A stretch of 64,000 nucleotides of DNA from an uncultured Planctomycetota bacterium. Lineage in GTDB: Bacteria > Planctomycetota > Planctomycetia > Isosphaerales > Isosphaeraceae. Positions 12,044-21,626 of this stretch are shown in pieces. Position 1 is the first letter of the stretch. The number at the start of each line of letters is the position of its first letter. Made by a program: the position numbers and the translations under genes. Under the pieces are notes generated by a model. That model did no database searches. It saw nothing but the letters and a program-made list of their open reading frames with translations, and had not been told where the DNA came from. The DNA is taken from the NCBI GenBank assembly GCA_963823665.1, contig CAWGMQ010000010.1, forward strand, positions 1,280,001 through 1,344,000, written 5' to 3'.

Positions 12044-12110
12044 TACCGAACGTGGGACTTGAACCCACACCCTCTTGGGAGGACCGGATTTTGAGTCCGG
12101 GACGTCTGCC
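12044..12110 (-). pseudogene. 5'-truncated tRNA-Leu(CAA), att-site remnant
   Basis: Minus strand reads ggcagacg..ccgga-ctCAAaa-tccgg (anticodon arm), long variable arm, gtggg-ttcaagt-cccac (T arm), gttcggt-a. The 5' acceptor strand and start of the D arm are absent. Confidence 0.85.
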
Positions 12111-12312
12111 ACACACGTAGCATGGGAAACACGTTGCAGCGATACTTCAAAGCCCTCGGCTTCGAGGCGGTTACGATGCCGCCCTGAGCTGCGTACATTG
12201 TTGTCACATCGTGACCGTTTGCGCTTGGCGCGATACAATGCCAGCGTTCCTCCGAGCCATTGGCGCAACGTCGCAAGCGATTTGCCGGCTGGTTCAGAAG
12301 TCGAGACAGCAA

Positions 12313-13134
12313 ATGACAGACAAGGCGGATAGCGCCGTCGATGATCTGAAGTGCGACATTCTTCTCTTTTTTGCCACGCAAACAGAGCGCGAGCAACTTG
12401 AAAAAGGTGCTACTGAACGTGGGCTTGAGTTCGAGGAAAGAAACGACGGACGCGCAGGCATTTATTTCACGCACTGAACGATTGGCCCGAACCGTGTACG
12501 AGCGGTCAAGACACGTATGGGCCCTTTTTTCCATCAGGGATCTGCCTCGCAGGCTATTGTCGCGCGTGCCGCAAGCTCGGCGACATCTATCATCCAAGTG
12601 GGTATGGCATTCGGGATCGATCGCAAGGAACAGAAGCACGGAGATGTGCTCGTTTCGAAATGGGTATTTCCGTACGACTATCGCATTATCGATCATGTCG
12701 CTACTCAAGGAGGCCAGCTTGATCGCTACGTCATCGATTACAGAGAAACCAAGCGGTTCCTCCCGAAGCAGTCGCTTCTCAGCATGCTCGAACGCGAGCG
12801 GAAAGAAGGTAATCACGGGTTCACGACCCACTTCGGAGGCATCTTGTCTGGCGGCTCTCGCATCTTCAGCCAGCTCTACTTGCGGGAGTTGTTGATTGCG
12901 GTCACGGGCGGTGAGGGCCCCGGCGGCTACGTGGGTGGCGAGATGGAAGGCGTCAGCTTGCTCGCAGCAAGCAAGAAATCTGAACCGGTATGGGCTATTG
13001 TGAAAGGGATCTCCGATTTCGCGGATGACCAACGACACGATGAGATCGAGGCCAACCGGCCGGAAGCATGCTTGAATGCCGTTCGATTCGTCCTTGCGGC
13101 GCTTCAGAGAGCAGACGAAGCACGTACCGAATAA
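12313..13134 (+). pseudogene. Nucleoside phosphorylase / MTA-SAH nucleosidase family protein with an in-frame TGA at 12475-12477
   Basis: VGMAFGID, GDVLVS, GGEMEG, IVKGISDFAD; ORFs 12211-12477 and 12517-13134 share one frame (YFTH*TIGPNRV). Confidence 0.8.
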
Positions 13135-13147
13135 ATGGAGCTGGAAC

Positions 13148-13795
13148 ATGTCCGACCTGGACAGCTATTTCAAGATCGACAAGAGTAAGCGTGACAGCCA
13201 TCCGCTCATCCGCCTCCTTGACATGCGCCAAGGCGGGCCAGAGTTCGGCGAGGCGAAGGTCCAGGTCGTTCGACCGCGTTCCGCGCTCGGGTTCGAGCCT
13301 GCGGAATTGTCCCTTCTGTTCTTCAACAAGCAGGCTAAGAAGTATGACTCTAGGACCGAGGATTGGGACGCCGATCTGAATGACGCTCTTGTCCGTCGCA
13401 AGATCCGTGCGATCGATCAGTCCAACGAGATTCAGCGCTTCGGATTGAGCTTGGGTGCCGCGCTCCAACATCCTGAAAACCGTTACGGCGACGGATTCTT
13501 TAGTGCTGTCTTGATGCTCGTTGTCGACCAGAGTCCGTTTGCCAAGATGGGCGCGGTACGTGAGTTGAGGCCGTACATATCAACGAATAGGCCCAATGGG
13601 CGCGGCGATTCCGCCGAAAATTGCAGCGTGATGATCCAAGCGGTACTTCAAGATCGCTGGCTCGAACTGCGTAGGGAACTTGATTACGACAAAACGGATG
13701 CCGAGCGTATCTTGGCAGGGGCGCTCGTTGATTACCTGGATGAGCGATTCGGCATCACTGACGGGCGAAAGCTCGGTTGGCTAAAGGCACATTGA
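13148..13795 (+). CDS. Hypothetical protein, apparently co-transcribed with the nucleoside phosphorylase gene
   Basis: GGAG RBS at 13137-13140 and ATG 13 nt after the upstream stop. Confidence 0.65.
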   Translation: MSDLDSYFKIDKSKRDSHPLIRLLDMRQGGPEFGEAKVQVVRPRSALGFEPAELSLLFFNKQAKKYDSRTEDWDADLNDALVRRKIRAIDQSNEIQRFGLSLGAALQHPENRYGDGFFSAVLMLVVDQSPFAKMGAVRELRPYISTNRPNGRGDSAENCSVMIQAVLQDRWLELRRELDYDKTDAERILAGALVDYLDERFGITDGRKLGWLKAH

Positions 13796-14169
13796 CCGTC
13801 GGCGGCAATAATAGCTGCGAAGCGTTGAGCACATATGTGTCAGACGTTGCAAATACGTTACTGCCTCTCCGGATGCGTAAAAACCACGCTGCAAACATAT
13901 TGAACCAACGTTGGGCTCACATGGGCAATATCTTCCCCTATTTTTCCCCTGTCGTAGCAGAACGAGATCGACGCCAGCCGGACTCGGAACAGAGCGAGCT
14001 CTTCGGGTCCTAACCTCGCACTGGCACGCGAGAGAAGCTTGGAAGCTATCCGGGATACCCGCCCGCAACCAGGGCTGCCAGGCATGAGCGCTCGCAGACG
14101 TTGCCCAGACCGACCTCGAGTATGTGGCCTCGGCCAACCACGGATGCCGTGCTGTTCTTCATCCGGCAC

Positions 14170-14541
14170 TCATTCATCCTCCTCGCGCGGCAGTTGGTCG
14201 ATCTTGGTCTCGACGCGGTTCAACTGCTCACGTAACGTCTTCAGTTGCTGTTCCACACGTTCCAGCCTTGGCTCGATCCGCTCACGAACAATCCGCGTCA
14301 CGTTCAGTCGCGTTACGACCGCAGTGTGATAAACTCCCTTCCCCCAGTCGGTGAAACTGCGAACATCCTCTTGGCTCGGATAAGACCATCTCCAGATTCC
14401 GTCTTCATCGATTCGGGGAGCACGAGAGCGCTTGGTTTTCGAGGGCTTGCGAGTCTGAAACGCGAAGCAGATGGTGCCGTCCTTAGTCGCGTCAACGGAA
14501 TAATATGCTTTCTGCGATCTCACGATATTCTCTCCTCTCAT
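14170..14541 (-). CDS. Hypothetical protein or fragment with a C-terminal coiled coil
   Basis: Heptad-like LERVEQQLKTLREQLNRVETKIDQL; start uncertain. Confidence 0.4.
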   Translation of the reverse strand: MRGENIVRSQKAYYSVDATKDGTICFAFQTRKPSKTKRSRAPRIDEDGIWRWSYPSQEDVRSFTDWGKGVYHTAVVTRLNVTRIVRERIEPRLERVEQQLKTLREQLNRVETKIDQLPREEDE

Positions 14542-14918
14542 CGGCTTGAACTGTGTAGACCTGCGCAGCGATCAAGTGCGCACCTGCGCAAACAGTCATG
14601 TGTGTATCATCCCGCGTGAGTGTTCGCCATTAGGCTCGAGAAATAAGACAGACGTTACGTGATTGGTGACAAGCACCAGCTTTCGACACCAGCGCGTTAG
14701 CGCGGATACCGAAAGCGCCATACCTTTGAACCCGGTCCGAATTGCGTCCCGTACTGACATTACGTATGAATATTCACTTATTCGGCCTCCGCCAGTGCGA
14801 TTCTGGGAATCCGCTCATTCGCGCCGATGGTCCGGACCCCGTCGCGCGACACGTCCGTTCGAACAGCAGTTGTCATCGACAAGAACCAACGGCACCAAGC
14901 TAGTCGAGGAAGAAGACG

Positions 14919-16127
14919 GTGGAACAACAGCCAGCGAGGATTGAGGTCACACGACATGCACTATATGAGCAGATCTGGTCGATGCCAGTCTCCAGAGCCT
15001 GCCGCACGTACGGCCTTTCCGATGTAGGACTCGCCAAGATTTGCGCTAGCTGGGACATCCCTCGGCCGCCGCGTGGGTATTGGGAGAAGAAACGCAACGG
15101 CAAACCGGTCAAGAAAACGAAACTCAAGTCGATCGAGGAAGGCGATCCGGTCATCTTCTCATACCAACCGGGCCAATCGGACCAGCCCGCGGTAGCCCCG
15201 GCGCTGACTGAGAGTGACCGTCAGCGCGACTTGGAGAAACGGGCTGAGAATCGCATTTCCGTTCCAGACGAACTCGTCGCGCCGCACCCATTCGTCGTCA
15301 GAACGGAGAAGAGCATCCGCAGCGCCAAGCCCGACGAGCATGGAACCGTGCGGCCGAAGGCTCAACAATGTTTGGACGTGGCAGTCTCAGCTCCATTGAT
15401 CGATCGCTCATTGCGAATCATGAATGCTCTCTTAATTGCGCTCGAGGCTCGCGGATTTCGCGTGTCAATCAGCGACCATGAGCGTCCACAAACTGAGGCT
15501 AGAGTTCTCGATGAAAACATTGGCTTTCAGCTTCATGAAGAGATTAAACGCCGAGAAAGAGAACCCACCCCGGCGGAGAAGCGAGACGACGACTTTTGGC
15601 GGACCGCAAGCATTGCTCAGCCGATCAGGAAGTGGTACGAGTGGGCACCAACAGGCAGACTCATCCTTCACATCACCGACGGTCAGGGCTTACGTCGAAC
15701 CTGGACCGATCGAAAGGACCGACTCGTCGAGCAATTCCTGAACACGTTCGTAGTCGGGCTCGTCCGCGCCGCGGAGGCAGTCAAGCAAGATCGCGTTGAC
15801 GCCGAGAAGCGACGACGGGAATTCGACGAAGCGCAGCGTCGCCGCCACGAGGAAGAACTGCGTCGCCGCGAGGACGAACGCCGGCAGCAGGAAGAAGACG
15901 CGCGTTGCCGTCAACTTGATGCCCAAGTCGCCAGCTGGTGGAAGGCAGAACAAATACGCGCCTTTGTCGCGGCGGTGAGGGATGCTTGCCTTCAGCGAAA
16001 CGGAAACGTCACACCTGGAAGCGAGCTCGATCAGTGGATGGAATGGGCCATGCGCCGAGCAAATGCTTTGGACCCGATCCATCCGCTGCGCACATCTCAA
16101 GGGGATGACAGTACGCCGCAAGCGTGA
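14919..16127 (+). CDS. Conserved hypothetical protein of a type seen on mobile islands
   Basis: N-terminal TRHALYEQIWSMP...GLSDVGLAKIC..WDIPRPPRGYW (HTH-like), coiled coil, and C-terminal WMEWA...ALDP. Confidence 0.7.
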   Translation: MEQQPARIEVTRHALYEQIWSMPVSRACRTYGLSDVGLAKICASWDIPRPPRGYWEKKRNGKPVKKTKLKSIEEGDPVIFSYQPGQSDQPAVAPALTESDRQRDLEKRAENRISVPDELVAPHPFVVRTEKSIRSAKPDEHGTVRPKAQQCLDVAVSAPLIDRSLRIMNALLIALEARGFRVSISDHERPQTEARVLDENIGFQLHEEIKRREREPTPAEKRDDDFWRTASIAQPIRKWYEWAPTGRLILHITDGQGLRRTWTDRKDRLVEQFLNTFVVGLVRAAEAVKQDRVDAEKRRREFDEAQRRRHEEELRRREDERRQQEEDARCRQLDAQVASWWKAEQIRAFVAAVRDACLQRNGNVTPGSELDQWMEWAMRRANALDPIHPLRTSQGDDSTPQA

Positions 16128-16221
16128 CTTGACGATGCCAAGGGTCGGATACTGGATGGCGGCCCATGCTTTGCGAACCCCAGCTTGTCGACGCCGTACG
16201 ATCGCGCCGGAGTAGGAATGG

Positions 16222-19200
16222 CTAGAACATGCATCGCACTACAAGAACGTCCTTCACCTGCGCCATTGCAGGGGGCGAGGCAAGTACCGACTGCGCTTCG
16301 GCGCGAAAACGATCGAGCTCGCTCGGCGAGATTTTTGTGCTCAACTTGTGGCTTGTGTGCCAGTCGATCGCGCGTTTGAGATAGCGCTTCGCTGTTTGCA
16401 CATGTCCCAATCGGTGGTGGGCGATCGCCAGAAAGTAGAGGTTCTGCGCGTCGCAAACTCCGGTCCCGAGATCGAGGCTCTTGTTCAAGTATTGCAATGC
16501 GTCGGCGTCTTGCCCCGCACGGCAGAGGGCAATGCCGAGCGTATTGAGATAATCCGGCGCGTTGGGAGCGATTGCGACGGCCATCCTCGCGAGCCCGGCC
16601 GTCTCTCGCGGCGCGGAATCTTCGGGTTTGAGGTTGAGCCGGCGCCGGGCGTGGCGGTTCAGAACGAATGCGAAGTGCTGGTCCGGCGTCTTGTTTTCCG
16701 GGTTCAGCCTGTGATAACGCGCGAAGTCCTTGATCGCTTCCGCGTCGCGTCCGCGCGCAGCCAGCGCGGCTCCACGCATCATGAGCGCGTCCGAGTCGTC
16801 CGGATTGACAAGAAGACGCACCGAGGCTTCGGCCAGGTCCATCTTCTGTCTTGCGTCCGGTTCCATCACCTGACCGACAACCTGCGCCTCGAGCCGTGCA
16901 ACGACGGGTTCTGGGGTCGCGGGATATTGAGGACCACCGTCCCAATCAAGATTCAATGTACGCAGCCACCCGCGAACGCGCTTCAGGTTCCAGAGCAGCG
17001 CGGTCTTCGTATTCGTGCCCGCAATCATCTGCGCGCCGTCGGGGCTGAAAGCGATGGGTGTCGAGCTGAGTGACAAGGGGTTCAAGAGATTGACAAGGGT
17101 GCGCCCGGTCGCCGCATCTAAAAGCCGAACCTGTGTCTGGGAAGCACACAGGCCGATGACCGTGCCGTCGGCAGTAAATACGGGGGCGCGGTGGGCCCCG
17201 AAGCTTTGCTCGGAAAGCAACGGCGCATTCTTCCATGTGCCAACTTCCCAGGCTGAATAACCGATCACAGCAGACATTGAGCTTGAAACCATCTTTTTCC
17301 CATCGGGGCTGAAGCCGACGAAGCAAATGCTGTTGCCCGGTACGTCGTTCGCGTTGAGGATCCGGTCCAGCCGGCGGGCTGGGAGGTCCCAGAGCGTGAT
17401 GCCCCACTCCTTCCAGCCGCCGCTGGCGGCCCACTTGCCGTCGGGGCTGATCGCGATCGTGGTCAGGCGGTGGTTCCGCGCGCTGAACAGGCAGTCGTAT
17501 GGCTTACGGGCGGGATGCGGCTGGGACGTGTCGATCAGCCGCACCTGGGCGGCAGGGTTGTCGATCACAGCCAGGGTCTTGTGATCGGGGAGCCACTGCG
17601 CCCCGGCCATCGCCGCACTCGGGCTCAGAGCGGTGAGCAGCTCCGGGGGCCCGATCCAGAGTGCTTCTCGGCGCGCGTCCTTCGTTTGCGAGTCCGGCCC
17701 CGAGCGCCGGATTGGCCAGCGGTAATAACCCCAGGGTCCGCCCGAGATGACGGCCTTTCCCTCGTGGTCGAAGAGGACCGATTCGCAGGGGCCTGATTGG
17801 AGAATGCCGATGTGATTGCCCGACTTCGCTTGATAGAGATGAACACCATCGTTCAGACCGATCGCCAGCAACTGGCCGTCCGGGCTGAACTGTGCGCAGC
17901 GAACCTGGCCGCCCTCGACCTGTTCCCTGGACCCGTTGCCGATCATCTCGGGATTAAGGGCCTGATAGGTTTCGGAACGAACGATCGTGCCCATCGTGAG
18001 CTTTCTGTCGCCCACTAACAGCGCAACCCCGTTTCCGTCGGGCGCAAACGCCAGAAAGTTCGCCATCTTCATGTCGAACAGCGGGCGGCCCAGCGACGCG
18101 TCCCAGAACCGGAGCGTACCGTCCCAGCTACTCGTCGCCAGAACGTGAGACCAGGGCGCGAACTGGCAATGCCCGACGTAGTTCGTGTGCCCGGTGAGCG
18201 TCGACTGAAGCGCATGCCGTTTCATGTTCCAGACGAAGACCGAGCCGTTCCAATCCCCCGCCGCGAGCAGACGGCCGTCGCTGCTGAGCGACATCATGTT
18301 CCGTCCGACCGAGTCGGTCCAGCGCTCGCGCTCGCGGCCGGTCTCCACGTCGATCAGGCGGATGGCCCGCTCGTGAAGGTCGTTGACCACGAGCCTCGAG
18401 TTCTCCTGATCGATCAGCAGCGTGTTCGGGACCCGGCTATCGAGGGGAAGGCGCCTGACCTCCCGGCGCGCTTCAAGGTCCCAAACCGCCAGACCCGTCT
18501 GCACCGGCGCGTAAAAGAACAGTCGGCCGTCAGGGTGAAACGCGAAGGCGTCGGCCCTGGTTTGCTCGGAGAATACACGCACGCCTCGCGCAAAATGCCA
18601 GATTTCCGTGACTCCCGCTTCCCCCTGGACAGCGTAGCGCACACGCAGGTACCGGCCATCCGGGCTAAAATTCGCCGCGCCGTACCAGAAGGGCACGTCG
18701 GGCGCCGGGAGCTTCGCGACCTCGGTGCCGTCCTGCAATCGACGGATCACAACCTGCCGGGCACCTCTGTCAACGTAGACAAAAAAGTTGAAGTTCTTGT
18801 CACAATCAATCAATGAATCTGGGGGGACTGGATAGGTTTTCCCAAGATAAATGTCGGCGATACCAAGTGCGGCGATGACCTGGTCCCGGATCTCGGGGAT
18901 CAGGCCGGCATCGGCGGGATCCTCGCTCAGGATGCGCGCGGCCTTGGAAAGCCGGTCGAGGCTGAACACCCGCTGGCCGCGCACTCCGCTGCGCTGTAGC
19001 GCCACACCTTCGTTGAGCAGCGACTTTCCGAGCGAGTTCTTGGCGAAGCGTTTTTCGCGGATGGCCTTGCGCTCGGCCTCCTGGGTCAGTCCCAATTGAT
19101 GCCGAAGGTCTTGCTCCGCCGACACCGCACGCGTGAGGTTTTCTTGAGTCTCGCGCTGGGCGCTCTTGATCTGGTCTCGCTGGTTCCGGAACATGTACGC

Positions 19201-20691
19201 TGCCGAGGTCGCCGCCAGGATCAGGATCAGCACCAGTCCAGCCGCGAGGGCCGCCAGCGAGGCCGGCCCCGGGTTGCGCCGGCACCAGCGCCAGAGCCGT
19301 TCGTACGTCGGGAAGGCGCGCGACTGGATGGGCCGGCCCTCGACGAACCGGCGCAGCTCTTCCGACATTTCGTGGGCCGTCGCGAACCGGTCGCGCGGAT
19401 CCTTTGCCAGGGCCTTGAGGACGATGATTTCTAAGTCCTGAGGGATTCGCCGGTCGTGGCGGCGAAGCGGTACGGGCGACTCGTATGCGATCTGGTGCAT
19501 CAAGGCATGCTGGTCGCTAGCGTCGAAGATCAGGCGGAGCGTGAGCATTTCGTACAGCGTCGCGCCCAGCGCGTAGACATCGCAGCCGCGGTTCGAGACG
19601 CCCCGCAGGCGCTCGGGCGCCATGTAGCGGAGCGTGCCTACGACGTCACGTGAGTGCGAGAGATCGTCCCCTTCCTCGAACTTCGCGAGTCCGAAGTCGG
19701 TCACCCACACGTTGCCCAGCGCATCGAGCAAAAGGTTCGAGGGCTTGATGTCGCGGTGTAAAACGCCGCGCTGGTGGGCGTACGACAAGGCGTCCGCAAC
19801 CTGCGCGCCGAGCCGGGCGACTTCACGGCAGTAGTGGTCTTCGGTCTTGTCCGACAGGCTTGACGAGGAGCTGCCGCGCCTCTCCGTAGGATCATGCACG
19901 CCCGATCCGGACGCGCCGGCGGCGGCAGATCCAGGATGCGGGTTCGGGGAAAGAGCGCCAGGCTCTTCCTGATCTCGCCGCTCGAGCTGTCGCGCGAAAC
20001 ATCCGGTCATGAGGCCCTGCACGATCAGCCTCGTCGGCTCCTCCTCATCGTCGGGAGGCTCCGGGCCGGCAACAGCATCGCCGCGGAACTGGGTGCGCCA
20101 GGCCTCGGAGCGGTCGCCCAGTCGCAGGACCGGGAGCGAACTGTCCTGGAAAACGCCCCGGATCCGCTGGACGTCGCGGAGGACCGTTTCGAGGCTCTGG
20201 CCGTCGATGAAGGGCATCGCGTAGTAGACCACGCCGTCGGTCTCGCCGTAGTCGAACACGCTGACGATATTGGTGTGGTGGAGCGACGCGGCCGCGCAAG
20301 CCTCGATGTGAAAGCGGCGCACGTAGCGGGCGTTGGCGCGGAACCTGGGGTGCATGATCTTGAGGGCGACCCGGCTGCGCAGTGATTCGCGCACAGCCTC
20401 GTAGACGATTCCCATCCCGCCTTCGCCGACCACGCCAAGGATCTGGTAATCGCCGAGCCGCGACAGCGCTGGGCGTTTCGCGCAGGGGACGAACGAGGCG
20501 GCGCCGCCCGTCTTGAGCTGCTCGACTTCGACGAGGGCGGGGAAGAGCTCCTCGATGTCGTCGGCGAGGTTGGGGTGGGCCTTGATGTATTCGCTGATCG
20601 AAGGGCGTTCCCCTTGCCGGAGGCGTTCGACGAACGACTCGGCGAGCTGCTCGAAGGGGTCGCGCGCCGACTCGCTGGCGGAGGTGTTCAC
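16222..20691 (-). CDS. Ser/Thr protein kinase with TM segment, WD40 repeats and C-terminal TPRs
   Basis: GEGGMGIV, VALK, HRDIKPSN, DFGLA, GTLRYMAPE; WD40 units (LTGHTNYV..SWDGTLRFWD; FSPDG); TPR (YLNTLGIAL). The GTG start overlaps the sigma factor stop. Confidence 0.93.
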   Translation of the reverse strand: MNTSASESARDPFEQLAESFVERLRQGERPSISEYIKAHPNLADDIEELFPALVEVEQLKTGGAASFVPCAKRPALSRLGDYQILGVVGEGGMGIVYEAVRESLRSRVALKIMHPRFRANARYVRRFHIEACAAASLHHTNIVSVFDYGETDGVVYYAMPFIDGQSLETVLRDVQRIRGVFQDSSLPVLRLGDRSEAWRTQFRGDAVAGPEPPDDEEEPTRLIVQGLMTGCFARQLERRDQEEPGALSPNPHPGSAAAGASGSGVHDPTERRGSSSSSLSDKTEDHYCREVARLGAQVADALSYAHQRGVLHRDIKPSNLLLDALGNVWVTDFGLAKFEEGDDLSHSRDVVGTLRYMAPERLRGVSNRGCDVYALGATLYEMLTLRLIFDASDQHALMHQIAYESPVPLRRHDRRIPQDLEIIVLKALAKDPRDRFATAHEMSEELRRFVEGRPIQSRAFPTYERLWRWCRRNPGPASLAALAAGLVLILILAATSAAYMFRNQRDQIKSAQRETQENLTRAVSAEQDLRHQLGLTQEAERKAIREKRFAKNSLGKSLLNEGVALQRSGVRGQRVFSLDRLSKAARILSEDPADAGLIPEIRDQVIAALGIADIYLGKTYPVPPDSLIDCDKNFNFFVYVDRGARQVVIRRLQDGTEVAKLPAPDVPFWYGAANFSPDGRYLRVRYAVQGEAGVTEIWHFARGVRVFSEQTRADAFAFHPDGRLFFYAPVQTGLAVWDLEARREVRRLPLDSRVPNTLLIDQENSRLVVNDLHERAIRLIDVETGRERERWTDSVGRNMMSLSSDGRLLAAGDWNGSVFVWNMKRHALQSTLTGHTNYVGHCQFAPWSHVLATSSWDGTLRFWDASLGRPLFDMKMANFLAFAPDGNGVALLVGDRKLTMGTIVRSETYQALNPEMIGNGSREQVEGGQVRCAQFSPDGQLLAIGLNDGVHLYQAKSGNHIGILQSGPCESVLFDHEGKAVISGGPWGYYRWPIRRSGPDSQTKDARREALWIGPPELLTALSPSAAMAGAQWLPDHKTLAVIDNPAAQVRLIDTSQPHPARKPYDCLFSARNHRLTTIAISPDGKWAASGGWKEWGITLWDLPARRLDRILNANDVPGNSICFVGFSPDGKKMVSSSMSAVIGYSAWEVGTWKNAPLLSEQSFGAHRAPVFTADGTVIGLCASQTQVRLLDAATGRTLVNLLNPLSLSSTPIAFSPDGAQMIAGTNTKTALLWNLKRVRGWLRTLNLDWDGGPQYPATPEPVVARLEAQVVGQVMEPDARQKMDLAEASVRLLVNPDDSDALMMRGAALAARGRDAEAIKDFARYHRLNPENKTPDQHFAFVLNRHARRRLNLKPEDSAPRETAGLARMAVAIAPNAPDYLNTLGIALCRAGQDADALQYLNKSLDLGTGVCDAQNLYFLAIAHHRLGHVQTAKRYLKRAIDWHTSHKLSTKISPSELDRFRAEAQSVLASPPAMAQVKDVLVVRCMF

Positions 20692-21341
20692 GGTCGAAAC
20701 TCCACGCTGCCGCCCGGCATGGCGCTGAGGGCCACCTTGAGCCGCCGCAAGGTGCGCACGTAGCGTTTGCTGGCGGCGGCTTCCTGGATCTCGAGCGTCT
20801 GCGCGACCTCGATGTTGGTCAGCTCCTCGAAGTGGCGCAGGACGAGCACCTCCCGGTCGAGCGGCTCGAGCGCCTCGATGGCCTCCTGAATCCGCGCCTT
20901 GCGCTCCAGCCGCATGGCGATCGCGCTGGCGCTCGTGTCGTGGCCGAGCAAGTGGGCGGCCAGAATCGCCGAGCTCGCGCACGGTGCGCCCGCGTGTCCC
21001 AGCGGGACATCGCGCACGGCGTTGCGGATCGCATACTGGAGATGTTTCCGGTGCAATGTGGAGAGCCGTATCCCTGTTAGCCAGCGAAGCCAGAGGAAGA
21101 ACGGCATCTCCTGCCTGGCGGCGAACTCGGCGAAGCCCGCCGTGGCGTCGACGAAGGCTTCCTGGATCACATCCGAGGGATCTAGCCGCGCCTGCAGCCG
21201 GTGGTCCAGACGCACGGCGACCATCTTGCGCAGCCGCGCTCGATGGGCGTTGAGGAGGTCGTCCCAGGCCTCCCGATCACCCGCGGCGGCCCGCCGGACC
21301 TGTTCGGTCACGGATGGTTTGTCGAGCGGTGAGTGAGACAT
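20688..21341 (-). CDS. ECF RNA polymerase sigma-70 factor (planctomycete kinase-linked type)
   Basis: RLQARLDPSDVIQE, FFLWLR, and region 4 DREVLVLRHFEELTNIEVAQTL. Confidence 0.93.
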   Translation of the reverse strand: MSHSPLDKPSVTEQVRRAAAGDREAWDDLLNAHRARLRKMVAVRLDHRLQARLDPSDVIQEAFVDATAGFAEFAARQEMPFFLWLRWLTGIRLSTLHRKHLQYAIRNAVRDVPLGHAGAPCASSAILAAHLLGHDTSASAIAMRLERKARIQEAIEALEPLDREVLVLRHFEELTNIEVAQTLEIQEAAASKRYVRTLRRLKVALSAMPGGSVEFRP

Positions 21342-21626
21342 AAGGTAATAATCGTGCGCACGCTAACGTTCGCGACAGTTCTTTCTAAAAAAAAACTGGA
21401 GACTAGGCCCCTTCATTGGCCGGCGATGGCCGACCCCGTCAGAGTCCTGGCGTGGTAACAAGGACTTTTTTGTGTGCGACCGGTCCCGAACGGCGGAGTG
21501 CGCGCGATTACTTCTCTGTGGCCGGGCTAAATAACCACCAGCAACCCACGAGATGTGCGGGGCCAGCCTGATTCGACACCAACCCCTGCCCTGCCGGCAC
21601 TTCACCCACAAACAGGAGCCCGGTCC

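Noticed and set aside
12044..12125. Functional tRNA-Leu
   Set aside because: No 5' strand complementary to the acceptor 3' strand gttcggt; D arm incomplete.
12475..12477. In-frame TGA in the nucleoside phosphorylase as selenocysteine
   Set aside because: Not in a Cys/redox motif and no convincing hairpin; a GGA>TGA nonsense change is simpler.
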